From: an uncultured Chromatiales bacterium | GTDB taxonomy: Bacteria > Pseudomonadota > Gammaproteobacteria > 21-64-14 | NCBI GenBank assembly: GCA_964487445.1 | Contig: CAZAQG010000005.1 | Span: forward strand, 1-44,612 | DNA length: 44,612 nucleotides | Direction of reading: 5' to 3' | Shown here: positions 1 to 9,149 of the stretch, piece after piece | Position numbering within the stretch: the stretch's first letter is position 1 | How the letters are laid out: every line of letters begins with the position of its first letter | The notes under the pieces: model-generated | The model's input: the letters and a program-made list of their open reading frames with translations, nothing else | Told to the model about the DNA's origin: nothing | Databases searched by the model: none | Made by a program: the position numbers and the translations under genes

Positions 1-147
1 ACCCCACACGCCGAACAGGCCACCCTGCGCAGGGCGTACATCAGAAACACCGGGTCGCTCCCCTCGAACTACTTTGTAGAGCTTCCCGTCCCCCCGCTTC
101 TCGACCAAAATCACGGCACATCCACCCGCAAATTCTGCCGAGGAGCC
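1..147 (-). mobile_element. Left end of a decayed or internally deleted ISL3-family insertion sequence (runs off the window start)
   Basis: The minus strand from 147 reads GGCTCCTCGGCAGAATTTGCGGGTGGA, matching the ISL3 terminal inverted repeat pattern. Positions ~55..1 on the minus strand translate as PVFLMYALRRVACSACG, resembling the ISL3 transposase zinc-finger segment (VF..Y..RRV.C..CG). An in-frame TAG lies just upstream, so the N-terminus is missing. Confidence 0.7.
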
Positions 148-228
148 TCTTTTCCTGCCGCGCTGGTGTGTGGTGGCGGTGTGGACGCACCGATCTCGCG
201 GTTTACGCCGCAGAGGGGGGACGACACA

Positions 229-420
229 GACGACGAGACGAAGAACAGTCCCGCCGTGCCCGAACCGAACAGCCACACGGCGGCGGATACCCGTACCACG
301 GCACCCGGCGGAAAGGCGGTCAGGACCCGGACGTAGTCGCCGGGCGTACCGGCGGTCCAGGTCACCGTACCGGTCTGGGTGGCGAGGTTCAATGGGGCGG
401 AAGATGTGGCAAAGATGGGC
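229..420 (-). pseudogene. Decayed C-terminal fragment of a VPLPA-CTERM (PEP-CTERM-like) sorted protein
   Basis: The minus strand reads ...AVVRVSAAVWLFGSGTAGLFFVS, close to the VPVPAAVWLFGSGL.GL sorting motif. Both Pro codons appear changed (CGG, TCC), and an Arg-Arg (CGTCGT) follows out of frame. No plausible start codon. Confidence 0.4.
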
Positions 421-438
421 CGACGGCGGTCGATCGAT

Positions 439-747
439 TTACTCCTGGTATAGTGTTTCACGCTTGGAACGGCACGGTCCTCCGCATCCGGCGTCCGCGA
501 GGGCCCGTTTGTCCGCACGGCGCAGGCGCCGCAGAACATGCTCGCGGCGCGAGGCCGCCGCGCGCGAGGCCGCCGGCTCCTGATAGACCAGGCGAACCGG
601 GCGCCGGGCGCGCGTGTAGCGGGCACCCGACGCGCCGCGATTGTGCTCGGCAAGGCGGCGCGCCGGATCGGTGGTGATACCGGTGTAGAAGGTGCCGTCG
701 CAACACTCGAGGATATAGACATACCAGCTCGCCGCTCCCCGGGGCAT
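439..747 (-). CDS. GIY-YIG nuclease family protein (UPF0213/YhbQ-like)
   Basis: WYVYILECCDGTFYTGITTDPARRLAEHNRG..GARYTRARRPVRLVY; ATG at 747 inside the long ORF 439..1272. Confidence 0.9.
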   Translation of the reverse strand: MPRGAASWYVYILECCDGTFYTGITTDPARRLAEHNRGASGARYTRARRPVRLVYQEPAASRAAASRREHVLRRLRRADKRALADAGCGGPCRSKRETLYQE

Positions 748-823
748 CGGCCTATTCCGACACTGCGACGACGACGCCCGAATCCGACTTGAGGGGCCAC
801 GTGCCGGCGCGTACCCTGACCCG

Positions 824-1246
824 ATGATCCCTATCACCCCCAACCTCTCGCTCGACGAGGACGAGATCGAGGAGCGGTTCATCCGCGCCTCGGGGCCCGG
901 CGGCCAGAACGTCAACAAGGTGGCCACCGCGGTGCAGTTGCGCTTCGACGTGGCCGGCTCGCGCTCGCTCCCCGAGGAGGTGCGCACGCGGCTGCGGCGC
1001 CTGGCGGGGCGGCGGATCAACGCCCGCGGGGTGTTCATCATCGAGGCGCAGCGGTTTCGTACGCGCGAGCGCAACCGCCGCGATGCCCGCGAGCGCCTCG
1101 TTCGCTGGATCCGGCGCGCCGCACAGCGCCCGGTACCGCGCGTCGCGACCCGCCCGAGCACCGCGGAAAGGAAACGCCGCCTGGAGGACAAGCGCCGCCG
1201 CGGGGACGCCAAGCGGCTCCGCGGCGCGGTCGCGCCCGAGGATTGA
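824..1246 (+). CDS. arfB: Alternative ribosome rescue peptidyl-tRNA hydrolase ArfB
   Basis: RASGPGGQNVNKVATAVQLRFD (GGQ motif) and a basic C-terminal tail (KRRLEDKRRRGDAKRLR). Confidence 0.95.
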   Translation: MIPITPNLSLDEDEIEERFIRASGPGGQNVNKVATAVQLRFDVAGSRSLPEEVRTRLRRLAGRRINARGVFIIEAQRFRTRERNRRDARERLVRWIRRAAQRPVPRVATRPSTAERKRRLEDKRRRGDAKRLRGAVAPED

Positions 1247-1278
1247 GAACGCCGGGGACGCCGGGCGAACATTCGCGC

Positions 1279-1485
1279 TCATGCGTCGAGATCGGGTATC
1301 AGCCGGCTCGCCATCCTGGCGATCAGATCCTTCAGCAACAGCTTGCGCTTCTTGAGCCGGCGCAGTTGCAGTTGATCCACCAGGAGATCGGACGAAAGGC
1401 GGGTAATGGCGTCATCCAGGTCACGGTGCTCCACGCGCAGTTCACCCAACCTGCGCTTGAGCGACTCCACCTCTTCATCCAGCAT
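1279..1485 (-). CDS. DUF465/YdcH family small coiled-coil protein
   Basis: LRVEHRDLDDAI...LRRLKKRKLLLKD signature; 68 aa. Confidence 0.9.
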   Translation of the reverse strand: MLDEEVESLKRRLGELRVEHRDLDDAITRLSSDLLVDQLQLRRLKKRKLLLKDLIARMASRLIPDLDA

Positions 1486-1624
1486 GGCCGTACATCCCTT
1501 ATCACCGCGTTCAGAATATCACAAGCCCGTACAGGGTCGCCTCGCAAGCGCCCTACTGCGTTACCATGGGCGGGGCCGAACGGCGCGGCGGGTGCCGGAG
1601 ATGTCACGGCGAGCGAGGTGGATC

Positions 1625-1828
1625 ATGGAACAGCGTATGACCGATCTGGAGATCCGCCTCACGCATCAGGAGGCGGCCATCGAGACACTCGACCGCACCG
1701 TGGTGGAGCAGCAGCGGGTGATCGAACGACTCCGGGAACGCGTGGAACGACTGACGGAACAGGTGCGCGAACTCGCCCCCTCCCCCGTGGCACCCGCCTC
1801 GGAGGAGACGCCGCCGCCGCACTACTGA
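1625..1828 (+). CDS. slyX: SlyX family protein
   Basis: MEQRMTDLEIRLTHQE..IETLD coiled coil ending in the diagnostic EETPPPHY. Confidence 0.92.
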   Translation: MEQRMTDLEIRLTHQEAAIETLDRTVVEQQRVIERLRERVERLTEQVRELAPSPVAPASEETPPPHY

Positions 1829-1873
1829 GCGCGGCAGAGGTGGCTGGATCTGTATGCCGGTCACTCGTTTCCC

Positions 1874-1895
1874 GTAGGGCGGGGCTCGCCCCGCC
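1874..1895 (+). repeat. GTAG-type REP-like palindrome between convergent genes
   Basis: GTAG followed by a GGCGGGG-CTCG-CCCCGCC hairpin; a second hairpin (CCGTTCG...CGAACGG) follows. Confidence 0.55.
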
Positions 1896-1974
1896 GACGA
1901 CGCTCGACACCGTTCGGTCCGGCTCGAACGGCGGGGGCTTGGCTATCCCGTCCGGGGTCTTTCCCAACATCCCG

Positions 1975-2598
1975 TCAGTGGACCGGAACATCGCCCCCGC
2001 GCGCGGCCTCCGCGAGCCGCCCGGTCGGCACCGCGCCGGCCACCCGTGTGTCACCGAAGAAGTAGGTCGGCGTATCCGTGACATCGAGTTGCATGGCCAG
2101 CAAGCGGTTGCGCGCCAAGCGTTCCTCGTAGCGCGGTTCGGACCAGGCGCGCTCGGGGGTGCGCGGACCCAGCCCGCACTCCGCCGCCAGTTCACACAGC
2201 ACCGTCTCCCGGCCGATGTTGCGGCCCTCGCCGAAATAGGCGCGGTAGATGCGCCGGTGCAATCGATAGAAGGGCTCGCGCCCGTCCTCCTTCGCCGCCT
2301 CCGCCAGCAGCAGTGCCCGATGCGAGTTGGTCGACACCGTGAGATCGGCGAAATGCAGACCCTCCTCCTCGGCCATGCGAGCGAGGCGTTCCATCTTGCG
2401 CCTGAGCCGCTCCGGCTCGTAGGGCAGCGTCTCCACCGGCTCGGTGTCCGGGGAATTCTCCGGACGGATCTCCAGGAAACACCAGTTGACCCGGAGATCG
2501 TAGGTGGCGCGCAAGGCGTCCAGACGAGTCACGCCCACATAGCAGAACGGACAGATGTAGTCGACGAACACCGTGACCAATCGTGTCGGTTTGCCCAT
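1975..2598 (-). CDS. DsbA family (FrnE-like) oxidoreductase
   Basis: DYICPFCYVG (CxxC), NSHRALLL, AYFGEGRNIG, and cis-Pro loop DTPTYFF..RVAGAVP; ATG at 2598. Confidence 0.88.
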   Translation of the reverse strand: MGKPTRLVTVFVDYICPFCYVGVTRLDALRATYDLRVNWCFLEIRPENSPDTEPVETLPYEPERLRRKMERLARMAEEEGLHFADLTVSTNSHRALLLAEAAKEDGREPFYRLHRRIYRAYFGEGRNIGRETVLCELAAECGLGPRTPERAWSEPRYEERLARNRLLAMQLDVTDTPTYFFGDTRVAGAVPTGRLAEAARGGDVPVH

Positions 2599-2653
2599 GA
2601 CCACCGCGCCGCACCCGGGAGTTTCCAGCCTCAAGTATAGTCCGGATCCGCGA

Positions 2654-3046
2654 TCACGGCGCCCGCGCGCCCTCCCCCGGATCCTGCGCCAAGCCTCGCA
2701 ACCCATGCGCCCAGTCGGCGACGAACCGTTGCAGCGAAGTGACGAAGTCCGGATCGGGGTCGCTGCGATCGATGGTGCAATGGACCAACATCCCCGCGGA
2801 CCCGTCACGGCGCACGGTCCACGCGAGCGCGTTGGGACAACCGGGCAGCGTGAAGCGCACACCGTCGCGAATCTCCTCGCGGTGCACCCGGAATTGCCCC
2901 CATACAGTATAGATCTCGCCGTCCGTACCGTGATCGGCCAGCACCCGCTCGATGGAGGCGCACCAGCGCGGCAGATCGGCCACGGTCAGCCGCGCGTGCA
3001 GGCGCGCGGCATCCGGACGGCACGCGACGGTGGCGAAAAATTCCAT
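2654..3046 (-). CDS. Hypothetical protein (possibly SRPBCC/helix-grip-like)
   Basis: 130-aa ORF with globular composition, co-directional with its neighbours. DLPRWCASIERV and a C-terminal amphipathic helix loosely recall SRPBCC proteins (inference). Confidence 0.7.
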   Translation of the reverse strand: MEFFATVACRPDAARLHARLTVADLPRWCASIERVLADHGTDGEIYTVWGQFRVHREEIRDGVRFTLPGCPNALAWTVRRDGSAGMLVHCTIDRSDPDPDFVTSLQRFVADWAHGLRGLAQDPGEGARAP

Positions 3047-3091
3047 GGTGCGATTATACCGACCGCGCCGGGCGTGCGTCCGGCACCACCG

Positions 3092-4135
3092 TCATGACCA
3101 GACCAGCGGCGGCTCGTCCATGAGCGCGGCCTGCTCGCGCAGCGACAGGATATGCTCGTCCCAGTAGCGACCGCCGGCGAACCACGGGAACGCCCGCGGG
3201 AAGGCGGGATCGCCCCAGCGTCGTGCGATCCAGGCCGCGTAGTGCAGCATGCGCAACGTGCGCAGCGCCTCGATCAGATGCAGTTCCCGAGGATCGAAGG
3301 ACTGGAACTGCGTGTAACCCTCCAGCAGGTCCGCGAGTCGGGCGGTCATGAAGGCCCGATCGCCCGACAGGAACATCCACAGGTCCTGTACGGCGGGACC
3401 GGTGCGCGCGTCGTCGAAGTCGACGATGTGCGGACCCTCGTCGGTCCAGAGGATATTGCCGGGGTGGCAGTCCCCGTGCAGGCGCAGCCGCGCCGGTGCA
3501 CCGGCGCGCTCGTAGCAGGTGCGCACGCGTACGATCAGGTCTTCGGCGAGCGTGCGGTAGGCCGCCTCCAGGCCGCGCGGGATGAAGCCGTGTTCGAGCA
3601 GGTACCGGTAGGACTCGACCCCGAAGTGCTCGACACTCAGCTCCGGGCGATACTCGAATGGACGCACCGCGCCGTAGGCATGGATACGCCCCAGAAACCG
3701 CCCGCACTGCTCAAGCTGCCCGGGGTCTTCCAGGTCCGGAGCGCGCCCGCCGCGACGCGGATAGAGTGCGAAGCGGAACGGACCGTGGCACAGCAAGGTA
3801 CGACCTTCGCCGTCGGCGAGCGGCGCCACCACCGGGATCTCCCGCTCGGCCAACTCCAGGGTGTAGCGGTGCTCCTCCAGGATCTGTGCGTCGCTCCAGC
3901 GCCCCGGGCGGTAGAATTTCACGACCAGCGGCGGCGCATCATCGAGGCCGACCTGGTAGACCCGGTTCTCGTAGCTGTTGAGCGCGAGCAGGTGCCCGTC
4001 GCAAGAGTAGCCCGCGCTCTCGACCGCGGCCAGCACCGTCTCCGGACCGAGGCGCGCGTACGGCGCTGCGGCCTCGTCCGGGCCGCCCGCATCATCCGCC
4101 CCGGTGCGCCCGTCATCGAGTCCCCCGCCGTTCAT
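3092..4135 (-). CDS. srkA: Stress response Ser/Thr kinase SrkA (RdoA/YihE)
   Basis: LNSYENRVYQ, VVKFYRPGRWS, LHGDCHPGN, DFDD, PAVQDLWM, DPAFPRAFPWF. Start chosen at ATG 4135, overlapping the pncA stop. Confidence 0.93.
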   Translation of the reverse strand: MNGGGLDDGRTGADDAGGPDEAAAPYARLGPETVLAAVESAGYSCDGHLLALNSYENRVYQVGLDDAPPLVVKFYRPGRWSDAQILEEHRYTLELAEREIPVVAPLADGEGRTLLCHGPFRFALYPRRGGRAPDLEDPGQLEQCGRFLGRIHAYGAVRPFEYRPELSVEHFGVESYRYLLEHGFIPRGLEAAYRTLAEDLIVRVRTCYERAGAPARLRLHGDCHPGNILWTDEGPHIVDFDDARTGPAVQDLWMFLSGDRAFMTARLADLLEGYTQFQSFDPRELHLIEALRTLRMLHYAAWIARRWGDPAFPRAFPWFAGGRYWDEHILSLREQAALMDEPPLVWS

Positions 4136-4785
4136 CCCGGCAACCGGTCCGAGGTGATGATCTCGACGCCGCGACGTGCCAGGTCGGCGCGCAACGCCTC
4201 GTCGGCCCCGGGATCGACCGCGCAGGTCAGATCCCAGAGCAGGCAGGTCTGGAAGCCGGCCTCCGCGGCATCCTCCGCGGTCCACTTCACGCACACATCG
4301 CGCGCCAGCCCGCACAGATAGACCTCACGCACACCGCGTTCGCGCAGGTAACCGGCCAGCCCCGTGGCGGGGCGCTCGCCGCGCGGGTCCCAATTGTTGC
4401 GAAACCCGCTGTAGGAGTCGACCTGTGGGTCGGTCCCCTTGCGCAGGATCAGATCGACGTGCTCCCAGGGCAGGGCCGGGTGCAGCGCCGCACCGTCCGT
4501 ACCCTGTACGCAGTGATCCGGCCACAGCATCTGCGGGTGGCCGTAGAGTCCGAGGGTATCGAACGGCGCGCGACCCGAATGATGGCTGGCAAAGGAGATG
4601 TGTCCGGGCGGATGCCAGTCCTGGGTCGCGACCCGGTGCCGGAAACGACCGGACTCGAGCAACCGGCGCAACGGCGCGAGGATCCGGTCGCCTTCGGCCA
4701 CCGGCAGCGCGCCGCCGGGCATGAAGTCCGGCTGCACATCCACCACCAGCAACACCGCGTGTTCCCAATCCGGCTCGGTACTCAT
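4132..4785 (-). CDS. pncA: Nicotinamidase/pyrazinamidase
   Basis: LLVVDVQPDFMPGGALPV, TQDWHP, WPDHCVQGTDGA, KG...DSYSGF, GLARDVCVKWTA; GGAGG RBS before ATG 4785. Confidence 0.93.
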   Translation of the reverse strand: MSTEPDWEHAVLLVVDVQPDFMPGGALPVAEGDRILAPLRRLLESGRFRHRVATQDWHPPGHISFASHHSGRAPFDTLGLYGHPQMLWPDHCVQGTDGAALHPALPWEHVDLILRKGTDPQVDSYSGFRNNWDPRGERPATGLAGYLRERGVREVYLCGLARDVCVKWTAEDAAEAGFQTCLLWDLTCAVDPGADEALRADLARRGVEIITSDRLPG

Positions 4786-4923
4786 AGCCCCCTCCACACC
4801 GGGCGGTACGGCCACGCCCCTGTAAGCATGATAGCGCGCCGCCGGGGCCGCACGCACGGTCGGACTCGGGACGATTGCCACGCACACATCGAATCCCCTA
4901 CAGTGGCGTCGAAGTCCGGTATT

Positions 4924-5097
4924 CCCCTCACCCCCGGCCCCTCTCCCGAAGGGCCGAGGGGCGGGGTTTAACGCACCGCAGCGGGAACACCCATGCCAAC
5001 ATACCCGTGTCGTGGCGAAGAAATGTTACGCCCGATGCACACGACAACGCCGATCCATGCGTCCCCTCCTCCTCCGGGGGAGGGACAGGGAGAGGGG
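4924..5097. repeat. Inverted pair of C/G-rich boxC-like extragenic palindromic elements (4924-4961 and 5063-5097)
   Basis: Copy 1 is CCCCTCACCCCCGGCCCCTCTCCCGAAGGGCCGAGGGG. The reverse complement of copy 2 is CCCCTCTCCCTGTCCCTCCCCCGGAGGAGGAGGGG. Confidence 0.55.
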
Positions 5098-5201
5098 CTC
5101 GAATCCCCTGCGTCGCATCGGCGTGCCGCGGAACAGCGGGCGACACGAGATCGCTGCGCGGCACTTGCCGTCGCCGGTCCGAGCGAAGAGAGGGCGGGCA
5201 A

Positions 5202-5915
5202 TTGGACTTGGTGACGACCGCACGCCGGCTCGGCGCCGAGGTGGGGGAGCTGCGCTTCGCGGCACCGGTCACCCACGTGTACAACCCCCTCGAATACGCC
5301 TGGGCGCCGCACCGCGACTACCTGCGCCGCTACGGTACCGGCACCCGCGAGGTGATCCTGGTGGGCATGAACCCCGGCCCCTGGGGCATGGCCCAGACCG
5401 GCGTGCCGTTCGGCGACGTGGAGATGGTACGCGACTGGCTGGGCATCGAGGCCCCGGTCGCACGGCCGCGCCGGGAACACCCCAAGCGGCCCGTGCTCGG
5501 CTTCGCCTGCCGACGCCGCGAGGTCAGCGGCGGGCGCCTGTGGGGATGGGCGCGCGAACGGTTCGGCACGCCGCGACGCTTCTTCGCCCGCTTTCTGGTA
5601 ATCAACTACTGCCCGCTGTGCTTCATGGAGAGCACCGGGCGCAACCGCACGCCGGACCGGCTTCCGGTCGCAGAGCGCGCCGGGCTGTTCGCGGCCTGCG
5701 ACCGGGCGCTCGCCCGCTCGGTCCGCACCCTGGCGCCGCACCATGTGCTCGGCGTAGGCCGCTTCGCCCAAACCCGCATCGCGGAGGTGCTCGCCGGCAG
5801 CGGCGTCGCCACCGGCTGGGTTCCCCATCCAAGCCCGGCCAGCCCGAGCGCCAACCGCGGCTGGGCCGATCAGATGGACACCGCCCTGCGCCGGATCGGT
5901 ATCCGCGTACCGTGA
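5202..5915 (+). CDS. SMUG1-type (family 3) single-strand-selective uracil-DNA glycosylase
   Basis: VYNPLEYAW, GMNPGPWGMAQTGVPFG, EVSGGRLWG, NYCPL and HPSPASP are family-3 UDG motifs. The TTG start at 5202 is inferred. Confidence 0.9.
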   Translation: MDLVTTARRLGAEVGELRFAAPVTHVYNPLEYAWAPHRDYLRRYGTGTREVILVGMNPGPWGMAQTGVPFGDVEMVRDWLGIEAPVARPRREHPKRPVLGFACRRREVSGGRLWGWARERFGTPRRFFARFLVINYCPLCFMESTGRNRTPDRLPVAERAGLFAACDRALARSVRTLAPHHVLGVGRFAQTRIAEVLAGSGVATGWVPHPSPASPSANRGWADQMDTALRRIGIRVP

Positions 5916-5937
5916 CGGGCATCGCGCCGCATCGTCC

Positions 5938-6534
5938 TCAATGCACGGGTCCCGACGGCATCATCGGCGGCATGACCATCCCGGCGATGAGGCCTATTGC
6001 GATATAGACCAGCACCACGGCGATCACCACCGCAATGGTATAGCTCAACGCGCGCTCGCGTGGCGCCCCCATCACGGGCGGCAGGCCGAGATAAAGGAGA
6101 TACAACCCGTACAACCCCGCCGCCAGCGCCAGGACGGTCAGCATCGGGATCAGCACGAACACGCTGGCGATCCAGCCCGGGGTGCTGGCATAGGCGGCGA
6201 CCTTCAGGGCCTGGATCGGGTTTTTGCGCCCGCCGAAAATCGGCGCTAACACGTCCACCAACAGAGCCACCACGAACACCGCCGCCATGTTGAGGGCGAA
6301 CGCGAGCACCGCCGGACCCAGACCGGGCAGGGATGAGGACTGGAAGCGTCCGCCGCCCGACATTCCCGCGCCCATGAGCGAAAAACGCAGCAGCAGAGCC
6401 ACCGGTCCGATGGCTGCGAGCGGGATGATGTACCCGCGGTACAAGGCGCCGATGCCGGTGTCCTCATCGGCGATGATCTCCCATTCGTGCTTTGGCTTGA
6501 GAAGGATGTTACGCACGCGCTCCTTAAGCTGCAT
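5938..6534 (-). CDS. Yip1 family membrane protein
   Basis: RVRNILLKPKHEW..I, YIIPLAAIGPVA, KVAAYASTPGW, YGLYLLYLGLP; multiple TM segments. Confidence 0.88.
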   Translation of the reverse strand: MQLKERVRNILLKPKHEWEIIADEDTGIGALYRGYIIPLAAIGPVALLLRFSLMGAGMSGGGRFQSSSLPGLGPAVLAFALNMAAVFVVALLVDVLAPIFGGRKNPIQALKVAAYASTPGWIASVFVLIPMLTVLALAAGLYGLYLLYLGLPPVMGAPRERALSYTIAVVIAVVLVYIAIGLIAGMVMPPMMPSGPVH

Positions 6535-6685
6535 TTACCCTCCCCTACCGACGCGGTTCATCTGCGAGCGCGCTTAGGGTACCATCGTTGCGCGTCGCCG
6601 ACACGCCCGCGGCGCAGGACCGGAGCGGCCGCGGCCATCCGCCCCGACCGGCAAGTTTTTCCGTGCCTCCGGGGACACCGCCTCC

Positions 6686-7519
6686 TTGATCGACACCGCA
6701 CATATCCTGCTTTTCGCCGTAATGCAGGGCATTACGGAACTGTTTCCCATCAGCAGCCTGGGGCACGGTGTGCTGCTCACCACACTGCTGCACTGGAACC
6801 TGAACCGATACAATCCGGACTTCCTCCCGTTCCTCGTCGTCCTGCACCTGGGCACCGCCGGCGCCCTGTTCCTGTTCTTTCTACGCGACTGGATGGGGCT
6901 GTTCTCCGGCGTGGCGCGCGCGCGCGGGCGCGCGGACAATCCCGAGGCGCGGCTGTTCTGGCTGCTGGTCGTGGCGACGGTGCCCGCCGGACTGCTGGGC
7001 TTGGCGTTCGAGAAGCATCTGCGCCTGCTGTTCTCGGATGCCGGCGTGGTGGCGGCGTTCCTGGCGCTCAACGGTGTGGTGCTGCTGGCGGGGGACCGGC
7101 TCAAGCACCGCGGCGCGAACCGCCGCCCGGACACCCTCTCCTGGGGCAAGGCGCTGCTCATCGGCTGCGCCCAGGCGCTGGCGCTGATCCCCGGTATGTC
7201 GCGCTCCGGCGTGACGCTGGTGGCCGGGCTCGGGACCGGGCTCGGCTACGCGGACGCGGCGCGTTTCTCGTTCCTGATGGCCACGCCGATCATCGGCGCC
7301 GCCGGACTCCTCGAGGTACCGAAGCTCTTCGCCGCCCACGCGCGCATGAGCGTGGGGCCGGTATTCCTCGCCGGAGCGGTGGCGGGCGCGTTCGCCTATG
7401 CGAGCGCCTGGATCCTCATGCGCTACTTCAACCGCCATGAACTCCAAGCGCTGCGCCCGTTCGCCTTCTACTGCGTGGCGGTGGGTCTCAGCGCGCTCGG
7501 TTGGGTGCTGCTGGGCTAG
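6686..7519 (+). CDS. uppP: Undecaprenyl-diphosphate phosphatase
   Basis: QGITELFPISSLGH, HLGT, ALIPGMSRSG, AARFSFLM motifs of UppP/BacA. Confidence 0.93.
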   Translation: MIDTAHILLFAVMQGITELFPISSLGHGVLLTTLLHWNLNRYNPDFLPFLVVLHLGTAGALFLFFLRDWMGLFSGVARARGRADNPEARLFWLLVVATVPAGLLGLAFEKHLRLLFSDAGVVAAFLALNGVVLLAGDRLKHRGANRRPDTLSWGKALLIGCAQALALIPGMSRSGVTLVAGLGTGLGYADAARFSFLMATPIIGAAGLLEVPKLFAAHARMSVGPVFLAGAVAGAFAYASAWILMRYFNRHELQALRPFAFYCVAVGLSALGWVLLG

Positions 7520-7555
7520 TGCCGCCGGAAAGCATCGGCGCCTGGAAACCGACAT

Positions 7556-7954
7556 TCAGAACATATTGAACAGGCCGCCGACCACGTCGTCGGCCACCGC
7601 GAATCCGGCGCCCATGCCCAGGCCGCTGGTGATGCTGCCCCAGAAACCGCCGCCCGACATCGGGGACCGGTTGCCCCAGCCGCGCGGCTGCACCGTGGGG
7701 TTGGGGTGCGATTGCAGCTGCCCCTCCAGAGTCTTGATGTACTCGGCCATCTGATCGACCAGCGTCACCACGGACTGGTTCTGCTGCTGGACGGCCAGCG
7801 CGATCTCGCGCAGGTCCATGGCCTGCTCGCGGCCGCTGGTTTCATCGGTGGCGGGGGTGCGCAGTTTCTGGGCCAGCGCCTGCATCTTCTGCAGTGTCGT
7901 CCGGCCCTGTTGCTCCACCTGTACGATCTGATTCTCCGCGTTTGCATAATCCAT
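7556..7954 (-). CDS. Hypothetical protein with Gln-rich coiled coil and C-terminal Gly-rich hydrophobic segment
   Basis: GAGGAGAG RBS before ATG 7954; 132 aa; C-terminus GGGFWGSITSGLGMGAGFAVADDVVGGLF (loosely DUF2076-like architecture). Confidence 0.75.
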   Translation of the reverse strand: MDYANAENQIVQVEQQGRTTLQKMQALAQKLRTPATDETSGREQAMDLREIALAVQQQNQSVVTLVDQMAEYIKTLEGQLQSHPNPTVQPRGWGNRSPMSGGGFWGSITSGLGMGAGFAVADDVVGGLFNMF

Positions 7955-8172
7955 GGGGGCTCTCCTCGATCTCGGTTTGGTTCGGGGCTGATTTTGGTTG
8001 GTTCGGTGGAACGAAGAATGAGACCGCATCCCCTGCGCGGGGTTCCCGATGAGAGCGGTGCGGGCCCGTGGCGACGGTTCCACATGAACCTGTATACTGG
8101 ATGCCACAATTCGCATACCTTCGGCGGGCCGCCGCGCGACGGCCCGCCGGACGATGGACCGCACCGACGCCG

Positions 8173-8622
8173 ATGCGTCTGACCCGTTACACCGACTACG
8201 CCCTGCGGGTACTCATGTATCTGGGCGACCAACCGGGGAGGACCGGCACCATCTCCGAAATCGCCGGGCGCTACCGGATCTCCCGCAACCACCTGCTCAA
8301 GGTGGTCCATGGACTGGCTCGCGCAGGATACCTCGTCACCCGGCGCGGCAAGGGGGGCGGCCTGCAACTCGCCCGCCCGGCCGAGCAGATCAACCTCGGC
8401 GAGGTGGTGCGTCGGATGGAGGGATCCCTGGCGGTGGTGGAATGTATGGGTGAGGACGTCGCGGACTGCCTCCTCGACCCGTGCTGCGCGCTGAAGGGGG
8501 CGGTCAGCGACGCACGCGCGGCGTTTCTTGCGGCGCTCGACCGATATACCCTCGCCGCTCTGGTCAATCCCGCCGTTTCACAACGGCTGCACCCCACGGG
8601 CCGGGCGCGCACCGTTCCCTGA
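8173..8622 (+). CDS. nsrR: Rrf2 family transcriptional regulator, NsrR-like
   Basis: MRLTRYTDYALRVLMYL, ISRNHLLKVV, RGKGGGLQLAR, and Fe-S ligand cysteines ECMGEDVADCLLDPCCAL. Confidence 0.85.
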   Translation: MRLTRYTDYALRVLMYLGDQPGRTGTISEIAGRYRISRNHLLKVVHGLARAGYLVTRRGKGGGLQLARPAEQINLGEVVRRMEGSLAVVECMGEDVADCLLDPCCALKGAVSDARAAFLAALDRYTLAALVNPAVSQRLHPTGRARTVP

Positions 8623-8791
8623 TGTTCATCCGCGGGGTGAGCGAAGCGCGCCGCCACGTTCGGACCGTTCGCCTTGCCGATTCGCCGGCAGCCGGACCGG
8701 CATCGCGCACAGATCCTCGATCCGCCCATGGCAGGTCGCGAGCAGGCCTACGGAATCGTCGAAGCCCGGCGCATCGCGCAGGAAGGACGCC

Positions 8792-9049
8792 TCAGCGCCT
8801 CGCGAAATCGATGACCACGCGCTCGGGCCCACGCTCCACATAGGCTACGTGTACGGTGTCCCTGTAACGGGTCTTCATCTGCTCCAGCAGCGGGAGGGGA
8901 TCGTGGTCGTTCAGAAAGCGCATCGTCTCCCCAGGATGCAGGGCATCGAGGGCACCGAAAATCGCCGCGTGGCGAAACCGCTTGGCGACGCCGCGCGCAT
9001 CGAACGCGTAGGGCGCCTGATCCACCAGGTTGAAGACCGGTCCTGCCAT
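8792..9049 (-). CDS. DUF2249 domain-containing protein
   Basis: FDARG....RHAAIFGALDALHPGETMRFLNDHDPLPL signature; GGAGA RBS. Confidence 0.88.
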   Translation of the reverse strand: MAGPVFNLVDQAPYAFDARGVAKRFRHAAIFGALDALHPGETMRFLNDHDPLPLLEQMKTRYRDTVHVAYVERGPERVVIDFARR

Positions 9050-9149
9050 CGGGAATCTCCCGTTTCGATTGTCCTGATCCGGCGAGGGCGCCGCCCTCGC
9101 GAGGGACCGGCGACACCGGGGCGCATGCCCCGTCGCGCGGAGGCCGTAT

